This document shows positions 1-12,200 of a stretch of DNA of 64,000 nt, one piece after another. The notes beneath the pieces were generated by a model. It saw only the letters and a list, made by a program, of their open reading frames with translations. It was not told where the DNA came from and ran no database searches. How positions within the stretch are numbered: position 1 is the stretch's first letter; every line of letters starts with the position of its first letter. Source of the stretch: Balanoglossus misakiensis (lineage: Eukaryota; Animalia; Hemichordata); the NCBI GenBank assembly GCA_040954595.2, contig CM082582.2, forward strand, positions 11,337,483-11,401,482, read 5' to 3'. The translations under genes were made by a program, and so were the position numbers.

Positions 1-1223
1 TCCACAATGCACTGGGGCCCTTACTGGCCACACAATGGTTGGTCAAAGACACACACCACTCGGTAAGCTCGGGCAACAAAGTCAACCGGAATTCATGATA
101 ATTACGTTTGCCTGCCTGCCTGCTTGTTTGTTTGTTTGTTTGTTTGTTTGTTTAGTTGATTGGTTGGTTGGTTTGTTGTTATAATTCAAATCATATTTTC
201 ACGATAATTTTCACTATAATTTCAGATATGCCAGCACAGGTACATTTGCCTCGGATTTCCACACCTATGCAATTGAATGGACCGATAAGAATATAAGGTA
301 CTCGTTCTCAATCTTGTCAATGCTTTTCAGCAAGTCGACGCTGTTAGTAAATTGAGATTCGGTCATTTTCACTCCTGACTGGTGCCACTGAACGTCGAAT
401 GCTAACTACATGTATATGAATGGAAGATCTTCGAATAGATGAGAAAGAATTCATATTAAACGATGAGACCATACAAGTAAATTCTTGTACGTTTTAGATT
501 TTTCTTAGATGGAGTGGAAATCATGCTTGTTGATCCCGGTCTTGGTGGATTTTGGGAGTATGGCAACTGGCATGTAGATTTGCCGAATGCAGACAACCCC
601 TGGAGATACGGTGACAAGATGGCGCCCTTCGACGAGGAGGTGGGTGTATGACATAGGCAAAATAGAAATTATCCGCCAGATCTTAGTTCGATTGAGCAGA
701 TAATTGTCAACCTCGAGACCGCATATGTTATTTGGCATAGCAGTACAGTAAGCTTGGGTCAAAGATGACGAATATTTATCTGTTTTGCATAAATTTACAC
801 GTGATAAAGCGGATTTTTAATGATGGAAAACGGACAATTCCGTGCCAGTGTTTGAACATTTTGAAACCTGAGACTGGCGAATGGTGGTGAAAATCACCCT
901 TATCACCGCGAAGATTGGTTGAGCATCCCCTACTCCCCCCCCCCCCTTCATTATTCAAGCAGTTGAATATACTCTCTTCTTTCCTGCAGTTTTACCTCGT
1001 CATGAATGTCGCTGTCGGAGGCACCACAGGATTCTTTGACGACTCATTCGTGAACTATCCACTGAACTGTCCCAAGCCATGGGTCAACAGTTCCCCGACT
1101 GCGCCCAAGGAATTCTGGGAGGCTAAAGACTGTTGGTATCCAACATGGCGTGCAGATGAGTTAAACGGTGAACACGCCGCGTTGCAAGTGGACTACGTAC
1201 GCATGTGGAATATCACAGCGTAA
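1..1223 (+). CDS. GH16 beta-1,3-glucanase / beta-1,3-glucan-binding (LGBP/CCF-like) protein, copy 1, 3' part only
   Basis: GT-AG exons about 1-62 (STMHWGPYWP), 226-296 (FASDFHTYAIEWT), 498-639 (GGFWEYG..NPW..MAPFDEE) and 990-1223 (FYLVMNVAVGGTTGFF..ALQVDYVRMW*). These are typical invertebrate GH16 laminarinase motifs. The 5' exons lie upstream of the window. Confidence 0.93.
117..180. repeat. (TTTG)n/(TTGG)n microsatellite
   Basis: Direct tetranucleotide repeats in an intron. Confidence 0.85.
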
Positions 1224-1639
1224 TGAAATGTTTCCTAGCAAACCTTGGAAACCAACGTATACAATCCTTCAATTCGTCACAGTTGTACAAATATATATAT
1301 TAATGTATGATACTTGAAATAATTTTACATGGATTTTGCAGTGTGTCGTTTGTGATCCTGTAATTTCTACCATGTGTTCGAATTTACTGTACTGATCGGT
1401 GGGAACGCTTTTATGACAAATGTATTGGCTTCTGTGGCCATCATGTGTGAAAATTTTAACGATTTAATAAAAATGAGGAATTACATATACGTTGAATCTT
1501 CTTCACTGTTTACCCCATCCATGTTGAATGTGTTGTGATATATAGTTTGCTAGAATTCTTTGAAAGAAACTGTGTGTGCAAGTGTGTGGATTCAGTGGGT
1601 TATTCGATGGCTGCAGGCCCAAATGAATTTCAATATCAG

Positions 1640-2050
1640 AACGATAGCACGACACCAGTACATTATCCGTCTTGCCAAAATAGCATAACGACAACATCTG
1701 TGATCTTGGTATGCAAAACAACTTCTCAATCACACCAACCAATCACATGCTTTATAAACCACACCTGGTGAACGACACATTTCGATTGGATAGTTGCCAT
1801 CCATCGCACTTGTCAGGTGGTCGGTGAGATGCCACGTTTCCATCATTCGGAACCCAATCTTCGACGTGCAAGCACCATGGTCGAAAGTAGTGACGAGAAC
1901 GACCTCTTCATTACCCAGAGCAATTTCCGACACCCGAGTGAAAGTGAAGGTTGAGACTGGCACGATATGGACTTATCTTCGGCGATTATGGTAGCACAGA
2001 TACTATCCCAAGATGACAAAGAGTCTGGCAACGTGCAGTGTCGTAAGAAC
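1640..2050 (-). pseudogene. Decayed coding-like segment, paralogous to 16130-16870, product unknown
   Basis: Clear nucleotide similarity to the 16.1-16.9 kb segment. Minus frame reads RVSEIALGNEEVVLVTTFDHGACTSKIGFRMMETW versus RVAEIALGNEWVVVDTIFNDDVCTSRTESRMMETW in the other copy, with frameshifts and stops around it. Confidence 0.5.
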
Positions 2051-2666
2051 TTTGAAATTTTTTTCAGAACAGTAGCTTATAAATCATTCAATTATTGTAG
2101 TAAATTATTTACTAAGTGTGTCGCTGGAAATGATTTCTTCATATTTTTCCAATGGCGCCATCGTCGCATTTTAACGTGGGTGACTCAGCAAAATTTCTGT
2201 GCAAAACCCAATAGATAAGCGTGTATTGTACCACTTGGTGTGACATTTGCTTGTGGTATTAGGCCATTTTAACGCAATAGTAACAGCAAAGACGGAATAT
2301 TTTACAGGCTCCTGGAAATTTTTCACTCAATTACAGTGTGGAATGAATCATGCCCTGATGAGAAGGTTACTGCCGCCTTGAATACGCCAACTCTGACCTT
2401 CGAGTGGCCATCGATGACATTCAATATCATGGGAATAATGTGTGACCTTTACTGGTGGATCTGTCAACAAACTTTTCCCAAGGTTGTTTTAACCCATGCG
2501 GTGTCCTCTTAAAATTCACGCCTGTGACACGATGTTTGTATAACTATATTTTTGATAAGCTCATATCTTTCAGAGATTTCACACAGCTCGCCATCGGTCG
2601 CTGTCTGATCGTTGTGTGTGTATAAGATGTGGTCTGCGAAATCACACTCCAGTATAATCTGAAACC

Positions 2667-5600
2667 ATGCGCCTGCTGCTGGTCCTGTCGTCGTTGGTGA
2701 CGGCCGCCTTGGCGCTGGGTATGTATATCCGCTCATATGTCGAAATATCAATGTAAAAATTCTATTAGAAAATAATGTGAGTTTCCCATGTTGATATTTT
2801 AATTTCCTATTATACATTTTTGTCTACACAGGTCCGCTAATTTTTGAGGACAATTTTGATTACTTTGATCTGTCGACATGGCAACATGAGATAACGGCCG
2901 GAGGAGGCGGTGTAAGTGAATCCATGCGTGTTTCTTGCAATGGTTGAAATTCCACGACATCAACATCTCCAATTTGACATATATAAATTATTGTAAGCCT
3001 CTTATCAGTCCTTTAACGTTCTGGTCTCTATTTTATTTTCCAGAATTGGGAATTTCAGTACTATACAAACAACCGATCAAACAGTTACTGTGACAACGGG
3101 ATACTGAACATCAAACCGGTGAGTTGTGACACACTATATTAACTCAGAAAATTTATCTGAACAGAGGAACTGACGATAATGGTCGATACTGAAAGTACAA
3201 AATAAAGTACCCGTACGTTTCATTGTCTCTTTTTGCAGACCCTGACTACTGATATGTATGGCGATGGTTTCCTGTCTTCGGGTACTCTGGAACTTTGGGG
3301 TGAGTACCGAAAATGCCAAAAGTCCAGTGTCCAGTGCATCTTCCGTGCAGAGATTGTAGCGTGGATAATTATTACCTAGCTAAGGGCTCTGACTGGCAGC
3401 CAGTCCCCCTAGCTAGGTTACCTACAACCTCTGTACGGAGAAAGTGTCCAGCGATATTAACTTGAAGCTGTAGATAGAGCAACTTTCCATGAACCCATTC
3501 ATGTTCCTATTTGAATTCACCATATGTTTGTGGAGACGACTATTTAGTACTTTGCTTCCCCGCTACTTTTCGTGTTCTTGGTGGCGTTAAATTTTGAGTC
3601 GTTGATGTGTATTCTTTCTTTCTTCCTTTAGGAGCTTCCCCAGCCGACAAGTGCACGGGAAATGCCTGGTACGGTTGTGAACGCGTCGGTACACCTACTG
3701 ATTACCTTAACCCGGTGCAATCTGCGAGAATTCGCACCGCCCAAAGCTTCAGTTTAAAATATGGCAAAGTGGAAGTTCGCGCCAAGATGCCAAGTGGCGA
3801 TTGGCTGTGGCCAAGTAGGTGCATTTATTTGTCATTCTCCGTGCTCAATACACAGTCAGGCAATATTTCTAAAATACACCGAGGTATAAGTTAATTCATC
3901 AGGCCGTTATGCGTGTAATAATATGTGGCCGGCTCTATTTAGGGCGATTGGATGCGAGTCCAGCCAGATGCCATAAGTGAAAAAAATATCATTAACTTTG
4001 ATAACCCAATTGTCATAATCTATAGCGTATCAACATTATACGAGCCTGGTTATTCACTCTGATAACAAAATTGTCATAAATCGTAATTTATCGACCAAAT
4101 TGGTCGTTGAACCAAAGCTGCTGTTATTGTCCCACGCGAAAATTCCATGTACAACCATTTACAAGTTTGTAAAGCGCGGATCGCCACTGATAAGAACACC
4201 AGCGAAATACGCCACCCTAATCAGTTTTAACCATATGGGATCCACTTAAAGAATTAAAAAGAACTATATTAAAGATTCATTTAGTTGTAACTTTTCGGTG
4301 TGAAAACTTATCATGCGCCTTTTTAAATTATGCACGCCCACCTAGTTTACATAACTGTGGTTGATGCGGCAGCCGCTTAATTGACGCGATGACAGTGCCG
4401 TTGAATAGAAGTGCTTCTCATGCCAGGTGTTCACTAAACCGAGCGCTAAAATTCATCATGTCTTTGTTTAATTCAAGCTATTGGATTCTTGCCAACTCGA
4501 AACGCTTATGGGGCGGATTGGCCTGCTTCGGGCGAGATTGACTTGGTTGAAATCCGTGGAAACGAAAACCTGGAGGATTCTACCGGAAATTCGGTTGGCA
4601 CGGACCAGATGGGATCCACAATGCACTGGGGTCCTTACTATCCAGAAAATGGATGGATGAAGACGGCCACCAAGAGGTAAGTTACATGCATTAGGATCAA
4701 GGAAGGAAGGGAGGGAGGCAGTGTCTCAAACACCTAATCCCGCTGTATATCATTCTCACTACCTTAAGTATATTTTGCTACCTAGGTTAGTGGTGAAAAT
4801 CTCATATGGGCGACAAAATTTCAAGATGGCGGATATCTTCCATGTTTGACAAATAAAACTCATACCTATTATTCCAGATATGCAACTAATGGTACATTTG
4901 CTTCGGACTTTCATACCTACGGAATTGAATGGACCAACCTTGATATCAGGTATTTGTTCTCATTAATTCACCTGCCTTGTTATGATGTCTAATTTTGCGA
5001 ACATCCAACTTCCCTGATTGTTGAGTGAGTTGAATGTCTTTATTACCAATACATCACGAGATCTTGCAGTGAACGTGAGTCGAGACACGGTTGGACAATC
5101 TAAACAGTTTTCCTTCGTTAGATTTTTCCTAGATGGCGAGGTAATCTTGTATGTCGACCCGGGCGTTGGAGGATTTTGGGAATTTGGCAACTGGCATGTA
5201 AACTTACCGAACGCTGATAATCCTTGGAGACACGGCACCAAAATGGCACCCTTCGATGAGGAGGTAAGCCTTGTGGGATTTTTTCGAATAGAAAAAAGCT
5301 ATTTCACAAATTAAACTGAACGTCAATAGAAAACTTCTGTCCTGGTAACAGGGCATACGCGGCACTTCTGCATTTCCAGTGGTTGTGGTGGTCATGTTGG
5401 TGGCATAATAAGTCACGAGTGGTGATGATGATTGAGGTTGTGGTGGTGGTGGTGGTGGTGGTGGTGGTTGCGGCGGTGATGGTCCCGTTTGTGGCACTAG
5501 TTTTGCTGCATTGGTGGTGGCGGTGGTATTATTGATGGCATTGGTATAGTGATGGTGATTTTGGTGGTAGTTGACCGACCCCCCACCCCCTCGCCGGGTG

Positions 5601-5880
5601 CCACATCCCCGAACAACCAAATCATCACGGATTTTGTTTCAATCCTTAGTTTTATATCGTCATGAACGTTGCTTGCGGAGGTACCACGGGATTCTTTGAT
5701 GACACTCACATTAACTATCCGCGCAACTGTGACAAACCGTGGAGGAATGATTCGCCGTCTGCACCAAGAGATTTCTGGAATGGCAGAAGCTGCTGGCATC
5801 CAACATGGCGACCAGACGAGGCAAACGGCGAACATGCCGCTCTTCAGGTGGACTATGTTCGTGTCTGGGATTTAGCATAG
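2667..5880 (+). CDS. GH16 beta-1,3-glucanase / glucan-binding protein, copy 2, complete, secreted
   Basis: Exons about 2667-2718 (signal peptide MRLLLVLSSLVTAALAL), 2832-2911, 3044-3118 (NWEFQYYTNNRSN), 3239-3299, 3632-3814 (SARIRT..KYGKVEVRAKMPSGDWLWP), 4478-4676 (WPASGEIDLVE catalytic motif), 4878-4949, 5122-5263 and 5650-5880. TATA-like TATAAGA near 2620. Last four exons are colinear with copy 1. Confidence 0.95.
3341..3440. mobile_element. About 100-bp palindromic MITE-like element in a GH16 intron
   Basis: TTCCGTGCAGAGATTGTAG pairs with CTACAACCTCTGTACGGAG; inner arms ACCTAGCTA/TAGCTAGGT and GACTGGC/GCCAGTC. Confidence 0.55.
5380..5570. repeat. (GGT)n low-complexity microsatellite
   Basis: Imperfect GGT trinucleotide run in an intron. 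Confidence 0.85.
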
Positions 5881-6504
5881 TAAAAGTTAAAACTCAAAAA
5901 ATGGCGTATGAGCAACAAAAAATCGATTGTAGATTCAATTAAAAGTGACATTTACAAACAATTAGCATTGGCTTCTTTTTATCTGGTGGAGATTTTACTG
6001 CATAAGTTTGCGATGGGTGTTATTTGATTGAGCGGCCGGAAACATAGCCGTTAAGGTGCAAAAGTGAAGCGTTATTTGCCGCTGGAGGCGCACTTGTGCA
6101 TTTTTGCCATATCTCCCGAGTCAAAAGTTTCATACAACTGATAATATTGTATGATGTGTGTGAGGTTGCCTAGACAGATATGTAGCGTTCGCCAAATCAT
6201 GGGTTTGCATTTACCATCCCGGAAACCGACATGAGTGATACAAAACGAGAACTGTCTCATGTCATCTATTCTGCTATTAAGGTTTATTCTACTCTAAAAC
6301 ACGTTCAAATGTACTAAAGCGTGTTTTACTGTTTAAGACATTGCATATATGAAACCCCATCAGCATCAGCGTTGTAAATTTTTGCCGAAAGCCTATAAAC
6401 TTGTCGGGTAACCTTCACTTCAAACAGATGACTGATATCAACATACGGTGATCAATTACAGTTTGACAGCATTATTAAAACTCGGTTCCCAGACAATATT
6501 GTGC

Positions 6505-6540
6505 ATAATGGAGATATAGCACATAATGGAGATATAGCAC
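6505..6540. repeat. 18-bp perfect tandem duplication
   Basis: ATAATGGAGATATAGCAC x2. Confidence 0.9.
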
Positions 6541-7715
6541 TAAGAAGATTAAATACTTCCCCTCTTTTCTTTACTGTTGTTTAAAAAGACTTCCTGTGCT
6601 TTGATGCAAGCATCTGACGTTGACACAGTAACAATCCATCGCCCACTCCCTTATTGACCCAGAAAAGCAAGCGCATCTTGTTTTGTCAATGTGTTGTATA
6701 GACTAAAGCGATTTGTATTGTTGCGTAAAAATGTATGTCACGCCATGTCTGTTATTAGCGCATCCCCTGCAGCCTGTAATTATAAATATGAAAGTTATTG
6801 AATATGACATGTTAATAGTTTAGTTTTAATTGTTCACTATCCTTGTAGACTTGTTTGGTAACGAAAATACTGTATTGTTGTGCTGATAAAATGGAAAGCC
6901 ATTAGCATAAACATAATAGGAAATTAAGATCACTACTTTCAGATATCGGACACTTTTCATATTATAAAATTATTGCCGCACTGTATTGATCGGTAAAATC
7001 ATTTCCAAACGTCCGATATTCGATGTTTGGTTACAGCACCGCATGCGCGGACATGCACATGTAATATTAGTGAATTGAATCTTTATTTGTATCACTTCCG
7101 ACGTGCTTGCGCTAAATATCGCTTCAAAATGCCCTTTGGCTGTTAATACTGTCACATTGGTAGCAACAAAACACGTACAGGGCACCCTCACGCAGATCAG
7201 ATGAGAGGAAAATCTTGCAATATTAGATAAGTTAAGGAGTCACCTCTATCCCCAATTAATACCACATACGATGCGATGATGAGTATTTCTCCAGCTCTGA
7301 ATTAGCGCTGATCGCAAAAAGAAGGGAGAAATTTCTCTGCAGTATTTCTGCGATAATCTAGGAAACGTAAACTTGGTAAGTGCACTTCCAAGTGTATTTC
7401 TTCAAATTATATTTGTCTTTTTTAAGGTTGTTAGGAGAATTCATGGGGAACATTTTTTCTCAGAAAAAGAAAGGTCTGTCGCGTCATCCCATCATTTGTT
7501 TTATTTGACTTCAATAACGTTAGCGTGACCACATCTCCCAAAATTAAAGAAAACATATTTTTGTGTGTAAAAACGTATTTTATGACGAGCGCTTCAAAAA
7601 CTTTGAATATTGATATCACAGTGCTGGAAAAAATTAATTTCCCATTTCTCCGTCCCCACAAATATCAACTAATTTATCCCATAGAGCTACTTATTGTCTT
7701 CAATATATTTCAGAA

Positions 7716-9249
7716 ATGATTGCAGGAAACAGCCAAGTACAACTGGCCGAAATGCAGTTCGGCGGTGCACGCCAAACCTATAGTGGCCACCCGCGAAACG
7801 GCGCAGTTGCCATGACAGCTGGGAAAGAGGACCGTGAAAACAACTCGTGCAGCAAAATAATATCCAAGTTTGGACGCTCGACAACCATCCACGGCCTGCC
7901 CAACATCATCTCCACCAAGACGCTGGTTGGGAAACTGGCCTGGGCGATCTTGTTCCTCTCCGCTGTCGGCGTTCTGGCCCTGCAGGCCTCGGAGCTGATC
8001 AGACTCTTCCTCGACTACGACGTGCGGGTGAAGATGGAGATTGGGACAGCCAAGAGTCTGCCGTTCCCGGCGGTGACGCTTTGCAACACCAACATGGTTC
8101 GTCAGTCCGCCATCGAGGCGAGTGAGCACGCACTGCTGGCGAGGACGGACCCAAAACATCCGGACAGCGTTCACAAACTCTTGTCTTATACAGGTGAGCT
8201 GTGTTATCTTCATGGTGGATCTAACACCAAAGACTTGAAAGAAAATTCAAACTTCTTCAACCCTGGTGAAACAACTCTCGCGTGACTTTGAGAAAAGGTG
8301 AATGATACATTGATGGCCAATAACAGACGCTTTCATGACAATTTTAAAATCGATGCTTTTGCACGTTTGTTTTCAAGTTGCTTAATCATCAAGGATATCT
8401 TAAGCACTAATGTTATTTAATGACATTCTTCTCTTTGGCTTTCAACTTGCCAGGGCCTTGTCTACCGGGCGATTTCATGTGCGGAGATGGCGTCCGCTGT
8501 ATTAAGCCACATTTGAAGTGCGATGGGTATTTCCATTGTTGGGACAGAGAAACGAGTGATGAATTCAACTGCACATACCGTGAGTTCTTAAGCGTATTTT
8601 TTTTCTACTGATCACCTGGACTTAAGTGATTTTTACAAGCAAAAGTATCATAACAATTTCAGGTAAGAGATGACAGTCCGCAACAACAAATATCGGTTAT
8701 CATAAAACATTTTTGCAATGTGAATGCAAACTCGACAGTTGATTGAAGCGTTCAAGTTTAAAAGCTTTTCCCCTAAGAAACTTGGGACAATCGTCGACAA
8801 TATTGAACAAAAGACTTGAACTTGGCCAGTGAGTCGCTGCATGAATACAGAAGTTAACCTCGGGTCATATAAAGTGCACACGCCATATTTGTCAGAGAAA
8901 GAATAAAAGCGTCCATTAGCTATCATCAGGATTTGCACTACTCATACAATATCCTAATGCGAAAAGTCAGTCGACTCACAATGATGGACGTGTTGATTTA
9001 TTAGTCGAGAAAATAATGAAAATAATTTATATATCGTGTTAATGTAATATTTCCTTGTCAGCTCCGTGTGGTCAGGACGAGTTCGAGTGCGATAAGCCGG
9101 GTATTTATGGCCGCTGCATTCATGAAAGCAAACGCTGCGATGGCTTCCTGCATTGCCTCGATGGCGAAGATGAAAAACACTGTCGTGAGTAGACGCACTT
9201 ATTTTGAACGTGACATTACTATCATCTTTTATAATTATTGATTATGAAC

Positions 9250-9296
<47 letters not shown>

Positions 9297-12200
9297 ATGT
9301 ATGTCTGTATGTCTGTCTGTCGGTCAGTCAATAAATTGTTTCTTCCTTTCAGCAATGTGTTCCCTAGATGTGCATTCGTGTGATTTTGGTATTGACAGTT
9401 CAGGATGGAGATGCGTGCCGGCAACTAGCCTTTGTGATCACTACCCAGATTGTAAGGATGGTTCGGATGAAACCAGAAGTTGCGTGTATGGCGATAATTA
9501 TGGTAAGTTGGAACAAAGCGTCATCTTTGTTGTCAGGAACTGCGCTTGCGCTTGTTCTTGCCTCTTGACGGCAAATTTTCTGTAAATTACGTCATCTTTG
9601 CAAGTGGCAGAAGTGGACAATTGGCATGATACATAAGGTACACAAGTGACTAATGTAAATTAAAATCTTCTGAGCAACCGAGAGATCATATTACCTCATC
9701 TCTGCCCTGTTCTTTTTCTCAGTTGAAGGCGTCTGCATCCCACAGTTTCTTGAATCCCGCGATGGACCGCAATTATTCTACTCATCGAGATACCCATCCC
9801 AGTACCCACCGAATGAACATTGTTTATACACAATCCGGGCCCCTACTAGATATTGTGTGGCTATACAGTTCCTGGAGGTTGAAATCGGAACAAGTGGCGG
9901 CGACTGTAATGACAGCTATGTTGAGGTAATCTTCTCATTATATTATACATTGTGAATATGATGTCAGAGTTTACAGTCTGGCAAAAAAGGTACATGTACA
10001 TGTATTAACCTTGGCCAATATGACAAAGAAAACTATGCATGTTATCACTGGTTCTTTTGCTTTATGCTTCAAGCATTTCTGTTCGATTCTATATGCAGGT
10101 CAGTATAGTAAACCTTCGATTTTGTCTCTCTTACTGTCGTCTGTTGCTAACAGCTAACCGACAACTCGAATCCACGCTACACTGCTAGATATTGTGGCAT
10201 GCAAACTCCGCCACCGTGGACTTCCATAGCAAATTTGGTTCAAGTCGTTTTTGTCAGTGATGACAAGTCACAAGGGCGAGGATTTCGCATCGAGTACTTC
10301 AATACAGCCTGCCCGGCCACCACATACTGGGTGGTCAGAGAACCGTGGTCAGAGGTAAGTAGTGACAAAAAAACTTAAAATCTTGTCCTCCTGTCCTTTG
10401 TTGCAAAAAAAGGAATTCATGAATTGACAAAAAGAATGACCCGTAAAGGCACCATCGAGAACACAATTTTGGTACTTATATATTATAAAGAGCAACCCAT
10501 AAGTGAATCAGCACCTTATTTCTTAAATTCTCTATCGGCTCCCAATAGTGTTCGGCTACATGTGGTGGCGGTACACGTCACAGGGTAATCGAGGCAACGA
10601 CTCGAGACTTGCCTTCAATTCCTTCCGACAATTCGACGAATGATCCAAATCCAAGCTTCATCGGACGTCGATCACGTGTCACTGCCACACGCGCTCCTGC
10701 AGACGTGTACATCATGGGATTTGAACCCCACAGCGAGGAAACGTGCAATGTTGTGTATTGCAGTGAAGGTAAGTTTGCTATGGTTACCGTCAAGTGAAGG
10801 CTCTCGGTGTATAGAGAAGATTTGTTATACGCCATCTTGGAAATCGCATGGAATTGAAGCAGTAACTTGAAGTTGGATTTGTTGTCATCAAATATGCAGT
10901 TGATATGTGTCATTGAAATTGTGACGTTAGGAATCATTTCTCATCAGAAGACTATTGTGGTGTGACTCTGACCGAGTGCTGTCGTTTCGAACTCGCCTCG
11001 CCGGGATATCCGAAATACTACAGTGAAAACTTGGAGTGCGTCATCGATATCAACAACGATGTCGGCTGTATCGACATTGAGATATTGGATATTGACATAG
11101 CGGAGAGTTACGGCTGTTATGCAGATTATTTACAGGTATGATGACCCAGCTACATTTAGCATGTTTGCTCTGTAACTAAAAGACCAATATTCTGTAATTC
11201 TCGCTCGAGTATTCGGTGTGCTTGTCGTGTATTTATAAACGCTTTATTGTTGCACACTTTTGAAACGCTGTCTTTGTGCTGTACACCTAACCATTGCAAA
11301 ACAATCCGCTACCGTTAAAAGCAGTTTACATCAGTCTCAGACATGTTATATTGTAGGTCGAAGATTTAGGGGACCCATACGGTGGTGAGTTGACACATCG
11401 TTTCTGTGGTGAAGTACCTGGAAAGCGATGGAGGTCGTTCTCTGGTGAGGTTCGCCTGACTTTTCACAGCGACTCTGACCCGTCTGTACCGGGGAAAGGC
11501 TACAGAGCTGTGTATGAATTTGTATCTTGCGGTTCATGGCACGTTTCACATTGGAGTCAGGTATGCATCTTATACATTGTCGTGGCAGGCAGGCAGGCAG
11601 GCAGGCAGACAGACAGACAATTGCCGTTGAATATAACACCTATACTATTCCAGGATGCAAATATTGTACAGAATACCTGCCAGTAAGGTCAAATTTAAGA
11701 AATGGTTTAGCATTTGATTTGGTATCTCCTTCTTCCCAGTGTTCCGTGGATTGTGGAGTCGGCGCAAAATTTCGCCAAGTTCTTTGCCGGAGTCGTGTAG
11801 GTAACAAGGAGATTAGTGATCGTCACTGTCCAGGTAAAAAACCACAATTAGAAGACAAATGCCATCCACAGAATTGTGACACAAGTAAGTCAAAGGCGCA
11901 TTTACCTAGTGATAGTGATGACGACATCTTTTTCCTACTTGATATTATATAAGCTATAAGTCAGAAGTTGAAGTCGATTTTCAACATATTGCTGTTCAGC
12001 TAACACGGCCGTCTGACTGGATTCAAAATAATCCGAATCTAAAGTCTTGTTTTAATCTATTCAACATTCTAGATGGCTTGCTTCCACCAGACGTTGTTCC
12101 CGAGAGTCTGTGGGCAACGTACAAGCACATTTCGGACGATCTCGCTGTCTATGAACAATTTGTTGACGTGTACTACAAGGCCAATCACTTTGATCGAGTT

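Noticed and set aside
1730-1790. CRSPGVVY as a Penelope GIY-YIG endonuclease motif
   Set aside because: The downstream YIG/YVG-ET motif is absent in both copies and no reverse transcriptase is nearby.
2350-2392. Hammerhead-ribozyme-like CTGATGA-GAAGG..CCTT-GAAT
   Set aside because: GAAA core is broken and no stem I/III with a UH cleavage site is found.
5204-5620. 138-aa proline-rich minus-strand ORF
   Set aside because: Artefact of the (GGT)n microsatellite inside a GH16 intron.
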